Below are positions 61,629 to 64,000 of a stretch of DNA of 64,000 nt, one piece after another. Within the stretch, counting starts at the first letter, position 1; each line of letters begins with the position of its first letter. Source of the stretch: Thalia democratica (Eukaryota); contig OZ241832.1 of the NCBI GenBank assembly GCA_965202585.1, positions 41,230,001 to 41,294,000 on the forward strand, written 5' to 3'. The notes below the pieces were generated by a model. It was not told where the DNA came from, ran no database searches, and saw only the letters and a list, made by a program, of their open reading frames with translations. A program made the translations under genes and the position numbers.

Positions 61629-63826
61629 CAGTGCTTCCTCGCTAATCCGGCCGGTTTTAGTCAAGAAGTTGACTTATTTACTTTAGCGTTTTTAGCGTTT
61701 AATTTCATTTTACTTCGAAAAAGTATTCAATTTACGTTTTATAAGTATGCAAGCAATATATTTTTACGTCATAATAAAGTATCATCTGTATAATCTTAAG
61801 TTTTTTTTCATACTTTTCCCGCTTAGTTGTAACAAACTTATTTATTATTCATTTGCAATTTTTCTGTCTTTGCTAAGCAAGTTACAATTTAATATACTAC
61901 AATCAACATATCTGGTTAAAAAATGGATAAGACAGCAAAGAAACGAAAACGCGTTCAACTAACAATTGAAAACAAGTTAAAAGTTTGCGAAATGGCAAAC
62001 AATAATGTGCCTAAAGCTGTTATAATGAGCCAATTTAACATTGGTAAGTCAACTTTAAATGATTTAAATTTGAGAGGCGAAGAAAAGTTCAAAAAGTTTA
62101 AAGCCGAAAAGGAGGAGCTGGGACTAATTGGAGCTGATAAAACAGCAAAAAAAGTAGAGGGAGGCGTCTTTGACAAGCTAGACAGCGCCCTTTACATTTG
62201 GTTTCGTCAGGAACGTGAAAAGGGTTGACAATAACTGGCCCAATACTATTAGAAAAAGCCTCCAAGTTCCATCGTTTAATTTACGGTGAACACTCAAGGC
62301 CCTTTTCAGCAAGTACGGGGTTTCAATGGAGGTTTTGCAGGAGATTTGGCTTGCGTAATCTTAAAATATGTGGCAAAAAATTAAGTGCAGATAGTTCAGC
62401 TGCTAATAAATTCATAAATGAGTTTTCTGTCATAACTGAGGGCTATTCTGAACACCAAATTTTTAACTGCGATGAAACTGGGTTATACTTCAGAATGTTG
62501 CCTGGTCATACATTAGCTTTAGTTAACGACCGGCCAGATGGAACAAAGAAAGCAAAGGGTAACAATAAATGCATGTGCTAATGCAAGTGGCACAATAAAG
62601 CTACCTTTATTGTTAATTGGAAAGGCTAAAAACCTGCGATGTTTCCGTAACCTCAACAAGGAAGCGCTGCCAGTTGTCTGTTGTAGTCAAAAAAATGCTT
62701 GGGTCAATTGTGACATTTTTTGCGATTGGTTTTCTAACTGTTTTGTTCCCGAAACAAAACAAAGACTAAGTGAACTTGGGCAAGAAAAGAAGGCAATTTT
62801 GTTCCTTGACAATTGTTTTGCTCATCCTAGTGAGGACAAACTTGTATCAGCTGATGGAAAAATCACTGCAAAGTTTCTGCCTCCAAACGTTACTTCACTC
62901 GTACAACCAATGGATCAAGGTGTACTCGAGTCCATAAAATGGGTTTATAGAAGGTCGATTCTTAGAGATCTTATATCACAATCAACTTTCACAATTGAAG
63001 ATTTTTGTAAAAGAATCGACATGACAAAAGTTGTCGACACTGTTTCATCTGCTTGGGGTATGGTAAAGCCTTCTTCCATTAGAAACTCATGGAAGAAATT
63101 AATGCCATTACAGCAAAGCTCTTCCATGCAAAACATAGACCCTTCAGAAAAAACTCAAGACAACAAGTTTGTACAGCAATTTGCAAGATTAAATATCACA
63201 TTTACAGAAGATGATATTCAAAGATAGATGAGTTGCGATGGTCCTGGATATGAGTATATGGACAAGCAAGGAATTGTTGAACTGGTTACTGGGGATAACG
63301 AAAAAGAGGCTGTTAAAGTTGTTGAAGATAAAATTGGTGTTTCTCAGCCTTCTAAGTGTCCATTTTCTCATGCTGAAGCCATGCAGAAAATGGACGATTA
63401 CTTAGCTTACTATTGTTGCCAACCAGAAGCCACACCTGAAGATGTGTCAAAACTCATCCAATTTTGTGAGTTTTCTGCTAAGAAACGAGAGAGCACTGTA
63501 AAACAATCTTCCATTCTTTCTTTTTTCAAAAAAAATCTTAATTTAGTTAAAGTGTTAACAGTGTAGTTTTTTTCCACTAATTTTGAACTTATAAAATTTT
63601 GTTTTGTTTAGTTTTGTCTGTTTTAATTCTTTTTTCTTTGAATAAAGTAAAATAAATTAAATTAACAGAAATTTTATAGTACGTTTTGTTATATACATTC
63701 ATAATATAAGTAAGGTAGATAATTTGTAAAAAAAAGGAATATTTTGTTCTTATCCGGCCAAAGGCAAATCCGGCCGTATTTCAAAAAAATCTTGCCCAAC
63801 TTGGCCGGATTAGCGAGGAAGCACTG
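61629..63826 (+). mobile_element. Tigger/pogo (Tc1-mariner superfamily) DNA transposon, full length
   Basis: Perfect 24-bp TIRs CAGTGCTTCCTCGCTAATCCGGCC (61629-61652 and 63803-63826), TA duplicated on both sides. Confidence 0.96.
61923..63566 (+). pseudogene. Inactivated pogo/Tigger DDE transposase (CENP-B-type HTH + DDE_1)
   Basis: Four ORF pieces in order (RKRVQLTIENK; ITGPILLEKA..FSASTGF..IFNCDETGLYF; RVTINACANASG..LFLDNCFAH..QPMDQG; MSCDGP), joined by two frameshifts (about 62225 and 62545) and a TAG at 63225-63227. Confidence 0.92.
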
Positions 63827-64000
63827 TACTAAAATGAACAATAAAAATTAAAGAAAACTAAGTTAATTTAGTATAACTCCCCATTTAGCAATTCGGTTTA
63901 TAAAATATTGGTAGAGAATTTTTAAGTTTAGTTAAAAACAATTTAACAAACACTCAAAAAATTTTAATGTCCATAATATGCAAATTACTTAACCAATCAC

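Overview
AT-rich eukaryotic DNA with GT-AG introns, probably from an invertebrate (a tunicate or a hydrozoan is my guess; the sequence cannot settle it). Host genes: the likely last exons of a WD40 gene (+, 682-1332); an LDLa-repeat LGR/RXFP-like 7TM receptor with no LRRs (-, 5517 to at least 9737); SZT2 as one 9.8-kb intronless ORF (+); and a same-strand cluster SDE2 > MLX > CDK5RAP1 (-), where the first two are intronless and CDK5RAP1 has at least 10 coding exons. Mobile DNA: a recent 5.0-kb Gypsy-type LTR element (19469-24469, -), a decayed RTE LINE, a full-length but inactivated Tigger/pogo element, Mutator- and hAT-type MITEs, a foldback repeat and a perfect 78-bp hairpin. The LTR element is the most unusual feature. 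It has near-identical LTRs, a TSD, a tRNA-Trp PBS and a PPT. Its ORF1 has no recognisable capsid, starts inside the LTR, and joins a protease ORF through a canonical -1 frameshift signal. RT, RNase H and integrase are missing, and a degenerate 60S acidic ribosomal protein P2 sequence lies in the 3' part of the internal region. All alignments were done by eye; no database search was run.
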